DNA of 64,000 nt from Octopus vulgaris (taxonomy: Eukaryota): assembly GCA_951406725.2 (NCBI GenBank), contig OX597814.1, forward strand, positions 191,828,001-191,892,000. Reading direction: 5' to 3'. The translations under genes were made by a program, and so were the position numbers. This document shows, piece after piece, positions 63,560-64,000 of this stretch. The notes under the pieces were generated by a model. That model was given only the letters and a program-made list of their open reading frames with translations. It ran no database searches and was not told the DNA's origin. Position 1 is the first letter of the stretch; every line of letters starts with the position of its first letter.

Positions 63560-64000
63560 TAATTCTGTTTTGAAAGTGCTTGGAATTTTGGTCAATTCAT
63601 GACAACAGTTTCTTCAATGGCTCTGGAAGTTGGGGGATTGTAGGGAGTTTAACCTTTCCACCACTGCAGCACAGTGCAGGTGTCTCTCCAGGCCACTTCT
63701 TTGCTTTATAATGTATGCACTCAGCTGTCATTGCACCAACGGAAACCCTAGTGTCGTCTGCATAATGAACTGCTGGATCATATTTGAAAGCTGCTTCATA
63801 GAAGTTGCTTCCCCGAGCTGTTGCAACTGTTCTTCGATCTGCAGTGGAGATCCTATTCCTTGTCAGCTGTGCATATCTCTGTTCATCACTTTGAGATGCT
63901 CTGGCTTTTGTAGTGCACAGTCTGTTAGTTTCCTGGTATGCTTCCCTTTCTGCAGCTGTCTCTCTTTCCCCGGACAAAGACATTCTTTTGGCTGACCTTG
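63560..64000 (-). mobile_element. Helitron RepHel N-terminal fragment
   Basis: ORF 63597-63983: AAFKYDP...VGAMTAECIHYKAKKWPGETPALCCSGGKVKLP..PEPLKKLL, the typical Helitron C..C.A.KW.GE....CC..GKV.LP zinc motif. Truncated by a stop and a SINE insertion. Confidence 0.85.

Overview
AT-rich eukaryotic genomic DNA. The SINE repertoire and dense microsatellites point to a coleoid cephalopod, probably Octopus; this is inferred from recalled repeat families. One host gene is present: the + strand, intron-rich homeodomain/TLC ceramide synthase (CerS/Lass, most like CerS5/6). Eight GT-AG exons from 13239 to the stop at 42335 splice into one open frame with an intact Lag1p motif; its 5' exons were not confidently found. 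The rest is mostly transposon debris: modular tRNA-headed SINEs (several with clean TSDs), RTE/CR1 LINE fragments, Tc1/mariner copies, pogo, piggyBac and hAT-type MITEs, a Gypsy RNase H fragment and a Helitron Rep fragment. Nearly all listed ORFs are spurious. Most interesting: (1) minimal Penelope-type hammerhead ribozymes, one forming the 3' module of a TSD-flanked tRNA-headed SINE in a triple nest at 0.84-1.44 kb; (2) a TTAGGG-containing DNA transposon cluster at 58.5-59.4 kb whose layout fits a reversed-ends transposition inversion with an inverted 8-bp TSD; (3) SINE heads with interchangeable 3' tails; (4) long intronic hairpins that could be ADAR substrates.
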